DNA of 64,000 nucleotides from Prevotella sp. (GTDB lineage Bacteria > Bacteroidota > Bacteroidia > Bacteroidales > Bacteroidaceae): contig JALETQ010000018.1 in assembly GCA_022781445.1 (NCBI GenBank), forward strand, positions 323 through 64,322. Direction: 5' to 3'. Position 1 is the stretch's first letter. The number at the start of each line of letters is the position of its first letter. Positions 1 to 8,721 of the stretch are shown here, one piece after another. A program made the translations under genes and the position numbers. The notes under the pieces were generated by a model. The model worked only from the letters and a program-made list of their open reading frames with translations. It ran no database searches and was not told the origin of the DNA.

Positions 1-182
1 TCTTTCTTGGCTACCTGCTTATCCAGCTTTTCACTATATACCATCTGGTAGCCAAAGTAGTAATCCAAAAACAAACTTTCCCTACCATCTGAAAGTATTT
101 TTGCCCCCAACTTTGGGTTGTCGGTGGTGTCTTGACTGATAATGTAGGTGTTATCGGTTCTTACATCTTTCTTGTTTGCCAT
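1..182 (-). CDS. Partial CDS running off the left edge; possible N-terminus (arm-binding region) of a tyrosine recombinase/integrase
   Basis: ATG at 182..180 opens a stop-free frame to position 1: MANKKDVRTDNTYIISQDTTDNPKLGAKILSDGRESLFLDYYFGYQMVYSEKLDKQVAKK. The DG.ESL(F/Y)LDYY pattern resembles N-termini of Bacteroidetes site-specific integrases as I recall them. The region is low in GC and a TATCTTTG box lies 29 nt upstream. The ORF is absent from the track because it is truncated. Confidence 0.35.
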   Translation of the reverse strand, partial: MANKKDVRTDNTYIISQDTTDNPKLGAKILSDGRESLFLDYYFGYQMVYSEKLDKQVAKK

Positions 183-210
183 TTCCCTTGCCCTTTGTTT
201 CTTTTATTTG

Positions 211-218
211 CAAAGATA
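211..218 (-). promoter_or_regulatory. Bacteroidetes -7 box (TAnnTTTG) for the partial integrase-like gene
   Basis: Plus strand reads CAAAGATA, which is TATCTTTG on the minus strand, about 29 nt upstream of the ATG at 182. Confidence 0.4.
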
Positions 219-236
219 AGAAAATATTTTTGTTTG

Positions 237-315
237 GGTAGCCAAAGGGTAGCCAAAAACGGCAAAATATAGTCTTTTTTATGAAACAAAGGGTTAATAT
301 ACCCTTTTGGCTACC
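237..315. repeat. Cluster of GGTAGCCAA(A) motifs: two abutting direct copies plus one inverted copy
   Basis: GGTAGCCAAAG at 237..247 and GGTAGCCAAAA at 248..258 are directly adjacent. The inverted copy TTTTGGCTACC is at 305..315. Two more copies sit inside the partial CDS (TTGGCTACC 7..15, GGTAGCCAAAG 47..57). Confidence 0.7.
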
Positions 316-488
316 TCTGATTATCTTGCACTTACATTCTTTTGAGTACACTTTGTTTGCTGGGTACTTTATCGGGTCTGGGTACAAAGAAAAAGTTAAG
401 TGATTGATTATTAATTACTTAGCTTTTTCTTGTTTTATAAGTGTTCCCCAATGTCCCCAATCATTCTTTCTTGATCTTTGCAGGTATC

Positions 489-530
489 ATAAAAAACATC
501 CCGAAAGCACGTCAATGCCTTCGGGATGTT
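489..530 (-). terminator. Rho-independent terminator of the EF-G paralog
   Basis: Perfect 11-bp stem, AACATCCCGAA (495..505) with TTCGGGATGTT (520..530). On the minus strand it is followed by a U-run (plus-strand A-run 489..496). It lies 20 nt downstream of the stop at 550. Confidence 0.7.
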
Positions 531-549
531 CATGAAAAGGGAAGCCCGA

Positions 550-2709
550 TTAGTCTTCTGCTGCAACTTCGGCCTCGTGTTCCTTGATGAGATTCTGTTG
601 GATATCGTTGGGAACAAGTTCGTAATTGGCAAATTTCGTGGTAAACGAAGCACGTCCTCCGGTAAGAGAACTGAGGGCAATCGAGTAGTTTGCCAGTTCC
701 TTCAACGGAATCTTGGCAACCAGTTTTTGATAGCCTGCCTCGCTGTCCATGCCCATGATGATGGCACGACGGCCCTGCAAGTCGCTCATGACATCTCCCA
801 TATAGTCGGCAGGTACGTACACTTCGAGGTCATAGATAGGCTCAAGAATCTTCGGGCCGGCTTCTTTGAACGCCATCGAGAAGGCATTGCGGGCTGCCAG
901 CATAAATGACAATTCGTTCGAATCTACCGGGTGCATTTTGCCGTCGTAAACCACCACGCGTACATCGCGGGCATAGCTTCCTGTCAAAGGACCTTGTTCC
1001 ATGCGTTCCATCACCCCCTTCAAGATGGCTGGCATGAAGCGTGTGTCAATGGCTCCGCCGACAACCGAGTTGAGGAAAATGAGCTTTCCGCCCCATTCCA
1101 AATCGACCTCTTCGCGGCTCTTGATATTCATTTTGAACTCTTGTCCGTTGAATTTGTAAACCGTCGGGTCTGGCATACCTTCGGTGTAAGGCTCAACGAT
1201 GAGGTGAACCTCACCGAACTGACCGGCACCACCCGACTGTTTCTTGTGGCGATAGTCGGCGCGCGCCGTCTTGGTGATAGTTTCGCGGTACGGGATCTTG
1301 GACTCTTCGTAGGTTACGCCGATTTTCTCGTTGTTCTCCATGCGCCATTTGAGGGTACGCAAGTGGAACTCTCCCTGTCCATGAACGATGGTTTGACGCA
1401 ATTCTTTCGACTGTTCGATGACCCATGTGGGGTCTTCCTGATGCATCTTCAGCAATGCAGCCATCATCTTTTCGGTATCTCCTTCATTGTTGGCCTTGAT
1501 GGCACGCGAGAATTTGGAGTTGGGATACTTGATGAAGTCGAACGTATGGTCGCATTCTTTGCCGTTGAGCGTGTTGCCGGTCTTGACATCCTTGAGTTTC
1601 ACGGTACAGCCGATGTCGCCCGCAACGAGTTCATCGACGGCAATACGGTTGGCTCCTGCACAGGCATATATCTGTCCCATGCGTTCTTTCGAGCCACGGT
1701 TGGCATTGGTAAGGTCGTCTCCGGCTTTCACTTTACCGCTCATCACCTTGAAATAAGACACTTCACCGATATGCGGTTCCATACCGGTTTTGAAGAAATA
1801 CACCGACTCCGGGCCTGCGCTGTCGGCAGCCACATCTTCGTTTTTGGTATTCTTTACCTGAGGCATGTCGGCAACAAACGGCACGACATTGCCCAAGAAT
1901 TCCATCAAACGGCGCACACCCATATCTTTACCTGCGCAAACACAGAACACGGGGAATATCGAACGGGTGATGAGACCTTTGCGAATACCCTCACGCATCT
2001 CGTCTTCCGTTAGTGATTCGCTCTCGAAGAACTTCTCCATCAGTCCTTCGTCGTTCTCGGCTGCGGCCTCGACCAAAGCGCGATGCATCTCCATGGCCTT
2101 GTCCATTTGGTCGGCAGGGATGTCCTCTATCGTGGGTACTCCACCCTCGGGCTTCCACGAATACTTCTTCATGAGCAGCACGTCGATGACGGCATTGAAG
2201 TCGGGTCCGGTGGCAATGGGATATTGAACCGGTACGCATTTGCCGCCATATATTTCGTGCATGCCTGCAAGCAGGTTGTCAAAATCGCAGTGTTCTTTAT
2301 CGAGTTGGTTCACAAGGAAAATCACAGGTTTGTTGATTTTCTCGGTATATCTGAAAGCGTTTTGCGTTCCGACCTCGGGTCCGTACTGTCCGTTGATGAG
2401 GATTACCGCCTGATCGGTGACATTCAGGGCTGTGATGGCACCGCCGACAAAGTCGTCAGAGCCGGGACAATCGATGATATTGAGTTTCTTGTTGTTCCAT
2501 TCTACATGGAAAACTGTCGGAAAAACAGAATAGCCGTACTCTTGTTCTACGGGGAAGTAGTCGCTCACGGTGTTCTTTGCCTCCACCGTACCGCGGCGTT
2601 TGATGATTCCGGCTTCGAAAAGCATACTCTCGGCAAGGGTGGTCTTGCCGCTGCCCGCACTACCGATGAGCGCAATGTTCTTGATTTCGTTCGTCTGATA
2701 AACTTTCAT
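550..2709 (-). CDS. Elongation factor G family GTPase (EF-G paralog)
   Basis: 719 aa. N-terminal G-domain P-loop IALIGSAGSGKTTLAES, DCPG and NQLD GTPase motifs, and EF-G domain II-V-like sequence through the C-terminus. Confidence 0.9.
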   Translation of the reverse strand: MKVYQTNEIKNIALIGSAGSGKTTLAESMLFEAGIIKRRGTVEAKNTVSDYFPVEQEYGYSVFPTVFHVEWNNKKLNIIDCPGSDDFVGGAITALNVTDQAVILINGQYGPEVGTQNAFRYTEKINKPVIFLVNQLDKEHCDFDNLLAGMHEIYGGKCVPVQYPIATGPDFNAVIDVLLMKKYSWKPEGGVPTIEDIPADQMDKAMEMHRALVEAAAENDEGLMEKFFESESLTEDEMREGIRKGLITRSIFPVFCVCAGKDMGVRRLMEFLGNVVPFVADMPQVKNTKNEDVAADSAGPESVYFFKTGMEPHIGEVSYFKVMSGKVKAGDDLTNANRGSKERMGQIYACAGANRIAVDELVAGDIGCTVKLKDVKTGNTLNGKECDHTFDFIKYPNSKFSRAIKANNEGDTEKMMAALLKMHQEDPTWVIEQSKELRQTIVHGQGEFHLRTLKWRMENNEKIGVTYEESKIPYRETITKTARADYRHKKQSGGAGQFGEVHLIVEPYTEGMPDPTVYKFNGQEFKMNIKSREEVDLEWGGKLIFLNSVVGGAIDTRFMPAILKGVMERMEQGPLTGSYARDVRVVVYDGKMHPVDSNELSFMLAARNAFSMAFKEAGPKILEPIYDLEVYVPADYMGDVMSDLQGRRAIIMGMDSEAGYQKLVAKIPLKELANYSIALSSLTGGRASFTTKFANYELVPNDIQQNLIKEHEAEVAAED

Positions 2710-2826
2710 AAGGGGATATTTTAAGGTTTATGATATGTGTATTGATTATGCCGCCTAAATTAACGAATATTCCACGAATGGCCAAAAGATTTCCAAAAAA
2801 AGTGCTGCTGCAAAGAAACATCTTCG

Positions 2827-2834
2827 TAATTTTG
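2827..2834 (+). promoter_or_regulatory. -7 box TAATTTTG upstream of hemW
   Basis: TAATTTTG matches TAnnTTTG and lies 21 nt before the ATG at 2855. Confidence 0.45.
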
Positions 2835-2854
2835 CGACCTCTACAGAGCAGACT

Positions 2855-4105
2855 ATGGCAGGAATATACATTCATATCCCTTTTTGTGCGTCGCGATGTT
2901 CGTATTGTGCGTTCTACTCGACTACCCGAAGCGATCTTCGGCCTCGCTATGTCGATGCCGTTTGTCGGGAATTGGCAGCACGCAAGAGCGAACTTCCGTC
3001 GGGCGAGGTCATCGAAACGGTATATTTCGGGGGCGGAACGCCTTCGCAACTCACCATCGGCGAATTGCAAAAAATTCTTCAACAAATCGGTGAGAGTTAC
3101 CCATCAGTGTCCGAAAGTTCTCCTTTCACAAGCGATAGTTGCTTGTTGGCAAACGAGCAAGGAAGTTTGACGACGCAGAATCATTCATCCGGGAGCAGAG
3201 AAGGCTCTTTTCAGCCACCGCAGGAGCTTACCCTTGAATGCAATCCCGACGATGTGACACCCACATGGTGCGATGCTTTGGTGCAGACGGGCATCAACCG
3301 CGTGAGTCTCGGAGCCCAATCGTTTTCCGACAGCAGGTTGAAAATCATCGGACGGCGTCATTCCCGACAACAGATTGATGATGCCATTGCCTGTCTTCGG
3401 AATGCCGGCGTGAAGAACATCAGCATCGACCTGATGTTTGGTTTCCCCGAAGAGACGATGGCAGAATGGGAGTACGACCTGCGACAAGCCATTGCTCTTG
3501 ATGTGGAACATATTTCGGCCTACAGCCTGACTTATGAAGAAGGAACCCCTCTGTCCGTCTTGCGGGCAAAAAAGCGCATTGCCGAAATCGACGAAAGTTT
3601 GTCGGTGGCTATGTACGACCGGCTCATCGACCGCCTTACGGCTGCCGATTACGAACATTACGAGGTCAGCAATTTTGCCCGAAAAGGATTCCGCTCGCGA
3701 CACAACTCGTCTTACTGGCATGGCATTCCCTACATAGGCGTGGGGGCTGCTGCCCATTCTTACAACCGCACTACTCGCCGATGGAACATTTCAGATGCCA
3801 ACCGTTATGCCGAAAGCGTCATGGAAGGCAGGTTCGATGATATTTTCGACTACGAAATCATAGATGAAACGACAGCCTACAACGACATCATCACAACCGC
3901 CTTGCGTACCTCCGACGGTATCGATCTTCAGGAGTTGGAAAACCGTTTGGGGAGGAAGTTCTGTCAATATCTTTCTGCCAATGCCCGCAAAGCGATTGCG
4001 GCAGGCACTCTCATATTTGAAAAAGGTCACTTGTCGCTCACGCGGAAAGGGCTTTTCGTCAGCGATGCCGTCATGACCGACCTCATCATGCTTCCCGAAT
4101 ACTGA
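2855..4105 (+). CDS. hemW: Radical SAM heme chaperone HemW / oxygen-independent coproporphyrinogen oxidase-like protein
   Basis: 416 aa. N-terminus MAGIYIHIPFCASRCSYCAFY carries the CxxxCxxC radical-SAM motif, followed by GGGTPS and a HemN_C-like C-terminus. There is a roughly 40-aa Ser-rich insertion (residues about 80-125). Confidence 0.85.
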   Translation: MAGIYIHIPFCASRCSYCAFYSTTRSDLRPRYVDAVCRELAARKSELPSGEVIETVYFGGGTPSQLTIGELQKILQQIGESYPSVSESSPFTSDSCLLANEQGSLTTQNHSSGSREGSFQPPQELTLECNPDDVTPTWCDALVQTGINRVSLGAQSFSDSRLKIIGRRHSRQQIDDAIACLRNAGVKNISIDLMFGFPEETMAEWEYDLRQAIALDVEHISAYSLTYEEGTPLSVLRAKKRIAEIDESLSVAMYDRLIDRLTAADYEHYEVSNFARKGFRSRHNSSYWHGIPYIGVGAAAHSYNRTTRRWNISDANRYAESVMEGRFDDIFDYEIIDETTAYNDIITTALRTSDGIDLQELENRLGRKFCQYLSANARKAIAAGTLIFEKGHLSLTRKGLFVSDAVMTDLIMLPEY

Positions 4106-4202
4106 ACCTTGTCGGCTCCCGAATCACTCTATCCCTTTGTCCCATTCCATTTTTCCGGTCGTCGGACTTGATGGTTACCCTGACGACCGATAGCCACGAC
4201 AA

Positions 4203-4229
4203 GGGGGAAACATTGTCGATGCTTCCCCC
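4203..4229 (+). terminator. Candidate terminator hairpin after hemW
   Basis: GGGGGAA (4203..4209) pairs with TTCCCCC (4223..4229), followed by T-rich CTGTATGTTTTCAGTTTT. Confidence 0.45.
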
Positions 4230-4273
4230 TCTGTATGTTTTCAGTTTTCGGTCGGTTCGTAACGAAGCTCTCA

Positions 4274-5782
4274 TTACCTCGACGAATGAAACGAGGCCAG
4301 ATTGACATACTTGCGTTTCATCATGCGTTTGTAGATGTTGCGCAGCCAAAGCGGATGCAATCCCATAAATGCCAATCCGATGAACATGACCATCAGGAAA
4401 CTCGTCGTTTCGGAAAAGAAAGTATCAAACAAGGCAACGATGGCTATCGGCAATGTGAACGAAGCCAAAGACAGAATGATTTGAAAATAATTGTTCTCCA
4501 TGCCTCCCTTCCCGATGAACTTCTCGTTGAGTGGCATCGTTACCTTGTTATATATGGCAAGCTGGAAAAGCATGAAGTAAGTGAAGCCGCCTGTGAACAC
4601 CAAGAGTGACAACAAACCGAGCAGACTGAACTTGCCGGTGTAAATCATGGGGAACATCAGCACGAGAGGCAGCAGCAACATCAGGGTGTAGAAGTAGTAT
4701 TTGGCGCGCAGAAGCGAGATGATGTTTTCACGATGCACCATCAGGCAGTCGATGTAATTACCCTCATAACACATCACTTTGTTGACAAAGACGTTGCCGA
4801 AGATGCTGTAATTATACATACACCAGAACAATGTCATGACCCGATTGTCATAAATGTTGGTAAACGACACCAACAAACTGAAGATGACCACGGTGATGAT
4901 GGCCGAAATGAACGACTTGCGGATGTTCTTGTTGCGCATGATGCTCTTGATTTCGAGTTTCAGATACTCGCCGGTGTCACCAAAGCGGTTGAGCGATTCG
5001 AGCTTGGTCACATGGCGCAATTTCGTATCTTCCGTCTTGCTCAGCTCCTTGTACGAAAGGTTGTATTGTACCTTGCGGTTGATGAACACTATCAACACAA
5101 TCACCGCCACGGCTGCCAGATATGCCAAGGGGTTGAAATGGGTGAACGCACGCCCCCAGTCGCCGTAGAAGTAGAACAGTTTTTCGATGTTGAAATCTTT
5201 GGCAAGGAGCCAAGGCAGGAACGCCAAGGCATAGAATGCCGCGGGTAATGCCCACCAGTACAGACGGGTATTGATCAGGGCACGCACCAGCATGTACCAA
5301 TAGCTGTTGAACACCAGCAACAGGAAGAAACCCAGCAGGAAGCCCACCATCGCCATGAAGCCGTAGCTGAACACCACCGACATGATGGCGTAAGGCAGGA
5401 AGAGGGCAAACCAGATGAAGCGCGTCGGGCTGATGAACGTCAGAAACAGGAAACTGTCCACGCATACATACTTGGACAATGGCATCAGTACATACGACTT
5501 GATTTGCTGCGAGGGTGTCTGCTGAACGGTAAACCGGACAAAGAAATCCAGCGCGAGGATGAACGGCAACAGGCCGTACATCAACTCATAGGAGGTGACC
5601 GAACCGCTTGAATTGGCAATCATTGCAAGCATGATGCTGATGAACATGAGGTACATCACGATGAATGCCATGCCGATATAGCCGAAAGCCTTCGCCCATT
5701 TGGCCTGTTCCATCGCCGGATGGCGATTGGCCGCCAGCTTCTGATGGCGTTTGATGGCGCGGAAAATATCCAATCTGTTCAT
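4274..5782 (-). CDS. Polytopic inner-membrane protein of unknown function (possibly DUF5687-type)
   Basis: 502 aa with at least 10 long hydrophobic segments. Its start overlaps the stop of the upstream LolA-like gene by 4 nt (5779..5782), implying co-transcription. The family name is from memory only. Confidence 0.6.
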   Translation of the reverse strand: MNRLDIFRAIKRHQKLAANRHPAMEQAKWAKAFGYIGMAFIVMYLMFISIMLAMIANSSGSVTSYELMYGLLPFILALDFFVRFTVQQTPSQQIKSYVLMPLSKYVCVDSFLFLTFISPTRFIWFALFLPYAIMSVVFSYGFMAMVGFLLGFFLLLVFNSYWYMLVRALINTRLYWWALPAAFYALAFLPWLLAKDFNIEKLFYFYGDWGRAFTHFNPLAYLAAVAVIVLIVFINRKVQYNLSYKELSKTEDTKLRHVTKLESLNRFGDTGEYLKLEIKSIMRNKNIRKSFISAIITVVIFSLLVSFTNIYDNRVMTLFWCMYNYSIFGNVFVNKVMCYEGNYIDCLMVHRENIISLLRAKYYFYTLMLLLPLVLMFPMIYTGKFSLLGLLSLLVFTGGFTYFMLFQLAIYNKVTMPLNEKFIGKGGMENNYFQIILSLASFTLPIAIVALFDTFFSETTSFLMVMFIGLAFMGLHPLWLRNIYKRMMKRKYVNLASFHSSR

Positions 5783-6390
5783 CGCAGGTCTATGATTTCG
5801 GCCTTGGGATAATCCTTGGCAGGGAAGTTGAAGAGTCTGTCGCTGAGGTTCTTGGCCTTGAAGTTACTGATGCGGATGGTCGTCCACTTGCCTTTCTGCA
5901 GCATTTTTACCTGTTTGGGCAGATAGCTCGCCTTGTCGATGGTCACCTGAATTTCTCTGATGTTGCTTTTCGTCGTCGTGGCTTTCATGGTGACAAGGTA
6001 GTTGTCGCTGCTCTCACTGACCCCCAAGGCATAGCCTTGCTTATAGAGGGTGATGAACTGGTAGGGATTCATCCGGGCCTGTGTACTTTGGTCGGGATTG
6101 GAAACATTGACCTCGCCCGACTTCGACAGGTAGGTCCATTGTGTCTTGCCGTTGAACCATGTGGCCCCCTTGGGGGTCTGTGCATAGAACTTACGCCCTT
6201 TGATGGCAATCGTTCCCGAAACCGGTTCGTAGTTGCCACCCTGTATGGAGAAGTTGGCCGAGGCTCCTCCCCGTCTGCCGACGATGGATGAGGTCTTGTC
6301 GAGTATCTGCTTGGCTCGCGCCAGATTCTGGGCATGGAGAGCCATTGCAAGGAACATCAGCCACGCCATGATGAATATTTTTCTGGTCAT
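5779..6390 (-). CDS. LolA-like outer-membrane lipoprotein carrier/chaperone family protein
   Basis: 203 aa. Signal peptide MTRKIFIMAWLMFLAMALHAQ. The remaining sequence pattern (FSIQGG...GTIAIKGRKFY...WFNGKTQWTY) is typical of LolA-like proteins in Bacteroidetes. Confidence 0.65.
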   Translation of the reverse strand: MTRKIFIMAWLMFLAMALHAQNLARAKQILDKTSSIVGRRGGASANFSIQGGNYEPVSGTIAIKGRKFYAQTPKGATWFNGKTQWTYLSKSGEVNVSNPDQSTQARMNPYQFITLYKQGYALGVSESSDNYLVTMKATTTKSNIREIQVTIDKASYLPKQVKMLQKGKWTTIRISNFKAKNLSDRLFNFPAKDYPKAEIIDLR

Positions 6391-6650
6391 TGTTTCGATA
6401 TTTTTACTTGTTCTTGGTCCACAAAGTTATAAAGAAATCATGAGAAGCACTGTTCTTTGCGGCCTTTTCTTGTTTTTTTGCAACTACAGGGGCGGTCGTT
6501 TGGCAGACCATCCGGCACAAAAGTTACCATCGTTTTCGCACATACAGTTTATCAATAGCTGTCACTCTAACCCTTCAGGCTGAAAAGACCAACCTGAACG
6601 GCATGGAGCAACGACAGAGCGGAAACGGTGTGAAGAGCCTTTATTTTTTA

Positions 6651-7025
6651 TCAATGCCACACCACGTCCTTGCCGAAAGGAGCGAGCGACAACCGTGCCA
6701 TCTTGAAATGCTGCCTGGAGAAGGGAATACCAATGATGCTCACAAAGAGCAGAAGACCGAAGAAGATGTGTACGAGCCACGCCCACAGCCCTCCGAAGAT
6801 AATCCACACGATATTCAGAAGCAAATTGAGGCATCCCATGGGGCTATCAGAATCGTTTACTTCGGTACCGAAAGGCCACAGACAGAGTACCCCTATTTTG
6901 AAAGTCTGGTATGCCCAAGGAATGCCCACGATGGTCAATGCCAAGGCCAAACTTCCCGTAAAATAACCGATGGCGGCTTCCAAGCCACCAAAAACCAACC
7001 ATAAGATGTTGCCAAGTAATTTCAT
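6651..7025 (-). CDS. yccF: YccF domain-containing inner-membrane protein
   Basis: 124 aa. MKLLGNILWLVFGGLEAAIGYF...IVGIPWAYQTFKI... shows a duplicated YccF-type motif (GIP...Q.FK). Confidence 0.8.
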   Translation of the reverse strand: MKLLGNILWLVFGGLEAAIGYFTGSLALALTIVGIPWAYQTFKIGVLCLWPFGTEVNDSDSPMGCLNLLLNIVWIIFGGLWAWLVHIFFGLLLFVSIIGIPFSRQHFKMARLSLAPFGKDVVWH

Positions 7026-7102
7026 AGTTCTTAGAATGATTAATCCCTGTCAGCCAAAGAGAGCCGACTTGGGAAGATGATTGAAAACGCGAGGACGTAC
7101 CG

Positions 7103-7396
7103 TCAGCAGCCCGTTCCGTCGAGACGGCATGCACTACCGGTTTCGATGTCCGAGAAATCAGCATCTGGGTGCGAAAAGGTTATCGAGCCGTCTTCCATGC
7201 AGAAGCAGGGAATGCCTATCCATCCGCCTTGCTTGGCCTCGTCGAATTCGGGACGGGCATCGCGCAAGCGAATAAACTCTTTGAGATTTGCCACGTGCTC
7301 ACCGATGTCGATGAGCTTGAAACGTGGGTCGGTCTGAGCGAGAGCCTTGACTGCACGACAGTCGGGACAGCTCTCCATGACATATACTTTGATCAT
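7103..7396 (-). CDS. Glutaredoxin/NrdH-like small thiol-disulfide protein
   Basis: Internal start MIKVYVMESCPDCRAVKAL (ATG at 7396) with a CPDC redox motif; 97 aa. The longer track ORF (to 7510) would overlap the upstream gene and has an Arg/Cys-rich, non-protein-like N-terminus. Confidence 0.65.
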   Translation of the reverse strand: MIKVYVMESCPDCRAVKALAQTDPRFKLIDIGEHVANLKEFIRLRDARPEFDEAKQGGWIGIPCFCMEDGSITFSHPDADFSDIETGSACRLDGTGC

Positions 7397-7472
7397 AGTG
7401 AATGATGTTGATGTTTGAGAAACCGGAGCAAAGCACCGGACAGATGCGCCATCGGCACATTTCTTGCGGAAA

Positions 7473-7772
7473 TCAGCGGTGCAGATCGAACAGATGCCTC
7501 CATGCCGCAAGCGGATGATAAAGCATCATGCGCGGGCCACACCAACGCATGACGCGACGTATGTCCTCGCGTTTCGCCCTACCGTAACAATGTACTGTAC
7601 ATCGTTTACAAGTGGGCTTGCCTTCACCAAACCTGCACGCGTCGAGCCGCCGATGGGCATAAGTGAGCAATTCGGCGTAGGCTTCGGGCATGACTTCAGC
7701 CTTGAGCTTACGACGACAGTACAGGCGGATCATCTGCGAGAGGAGCTTCTTTTCGTTTTCTATGCGACTCAT
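7473..7772 (-). CDS. Nitrous-oxide-stimulated promoter family (YgbA-like) Cys-rich protein
   Basis: 99 aa. MSRIENEKKLLSQMIRLYCRRK...CRFGEGKPTCKRCTVHCY... has the Cys pattern characteristic of the YgbA/NosP family. Confidence 0.65.
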   Translation of the reverse strand: MSRIENEKKLLSQMIRLYCRRKLKAEVMPEAYAELLTYAHRRLDACRFGEGKPTCKRCTVHCYGRAKREDIRRVMRWCGPRMMLYHPLAAWRHLFDLHR

Positions 7773-8033
7773 ATTATCTCAGATCGGTCTGTCAGACCGC
7801 TTGGTTCAACGTTTGATGATTCGGACTTTTCCGACCGTTTTCGTAGCTTTTCGCATCTTGTCCGCCGGTTGATGGTCGAACAAAAACCTATTCGGGATTG
7901 TTGATTGACAAGCGATGAATAGTGGAGTCGAAGCAACATGGTACGATCGAAACCGGTAGCTCGAAAGCATCGAAACTCGGCAGTCGATGTCTGAAAGGCG
8001 TTCGGCAGGAACATCTTTCTTCCGTCCGTTTTG

Positions 8034-8041
8034 CAAATATA
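8034..8041 (-). promoter_or_regulatory. -7 box TATATTTG; would give a leader of about 255 nt for the YgbA-like gene
   Basis: Plus strand CAAATATA equals minus-strand TATATTTG. It is the nearest TAnnTTTG match upstream of the start at 7772. Confidence 0.35.
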
Positions 8042-8721
8042 AAGATTTTAATCGAATGAATTTGGTATGTGGCTTTGTTTTTTACTCAAAACATCGCAGA
8101 CAGTCGAATCTGTTTGGTTAGATTGTCAGACAAAGGGCTTGTTTGTTCTGTAAAATGTGGCATGTCTCATCGAAAACAACGACAAACAAAATGTCGATAA
8201 CGGTTGAATGCCTGTGGGGGTAAAAAGATAAAAAAGAAAAATGTAACTAAACCCGGATCGGTCATGAGAGCGTTTTGTCCAACCTTTCATGCCGATGATG
8301 GCACTTGCCGTCCGGTATCGTTCACTTGCCGGCATCTTGTTTGTCGTTTTGTTTTGCCGTACTCCGATACGCCTGCAACGAACCGACAACCCGGATGGTC
8401 GACAATCAAACGGCATCAACTCGGACTCTAATGGTCGATTTGGGCTTAATGGCCTGATGGCTGATTGAGGATCAACGATAAGAGAGAAGCGATCCAAGCG
8501 GATGCTTCTCTCTCAATGTCGGTTGGTAAAAGACGGGCAGAACCTCACAGCCGATCCGTTGCGGACGGCATTCGGGCTTCCCTCTTTCGTATCATCCTTT
8601 GTTTTCCAACCTTTCAGACGAATGATGACGGCATGACCGAATCGTCACGCGAGGTATCGCATTCGTGTTGTGCGGGAGGAGTCCGCGCTTGTACCGCGCG
8701 TAAAGGATGATTTGTCGCTTC

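Noticed and set aside
7397-7510. N-terminal 38-codon extension of the glutaredoxin-like ORF
   Set aside because: The extension overlaps the 3-prime end of the upstream YgbA-like gene and is Cys/Arg-rich. The internal Met gives the canonical MIKVYV...CPDC start.
8126-8497. 123-aa minus-strand ORF in the large intergenic region
   Set aside because: It has no motifs, odd composition, no promoter box or plausible start context, and overlaps similarly weak plus-strand ORFs.
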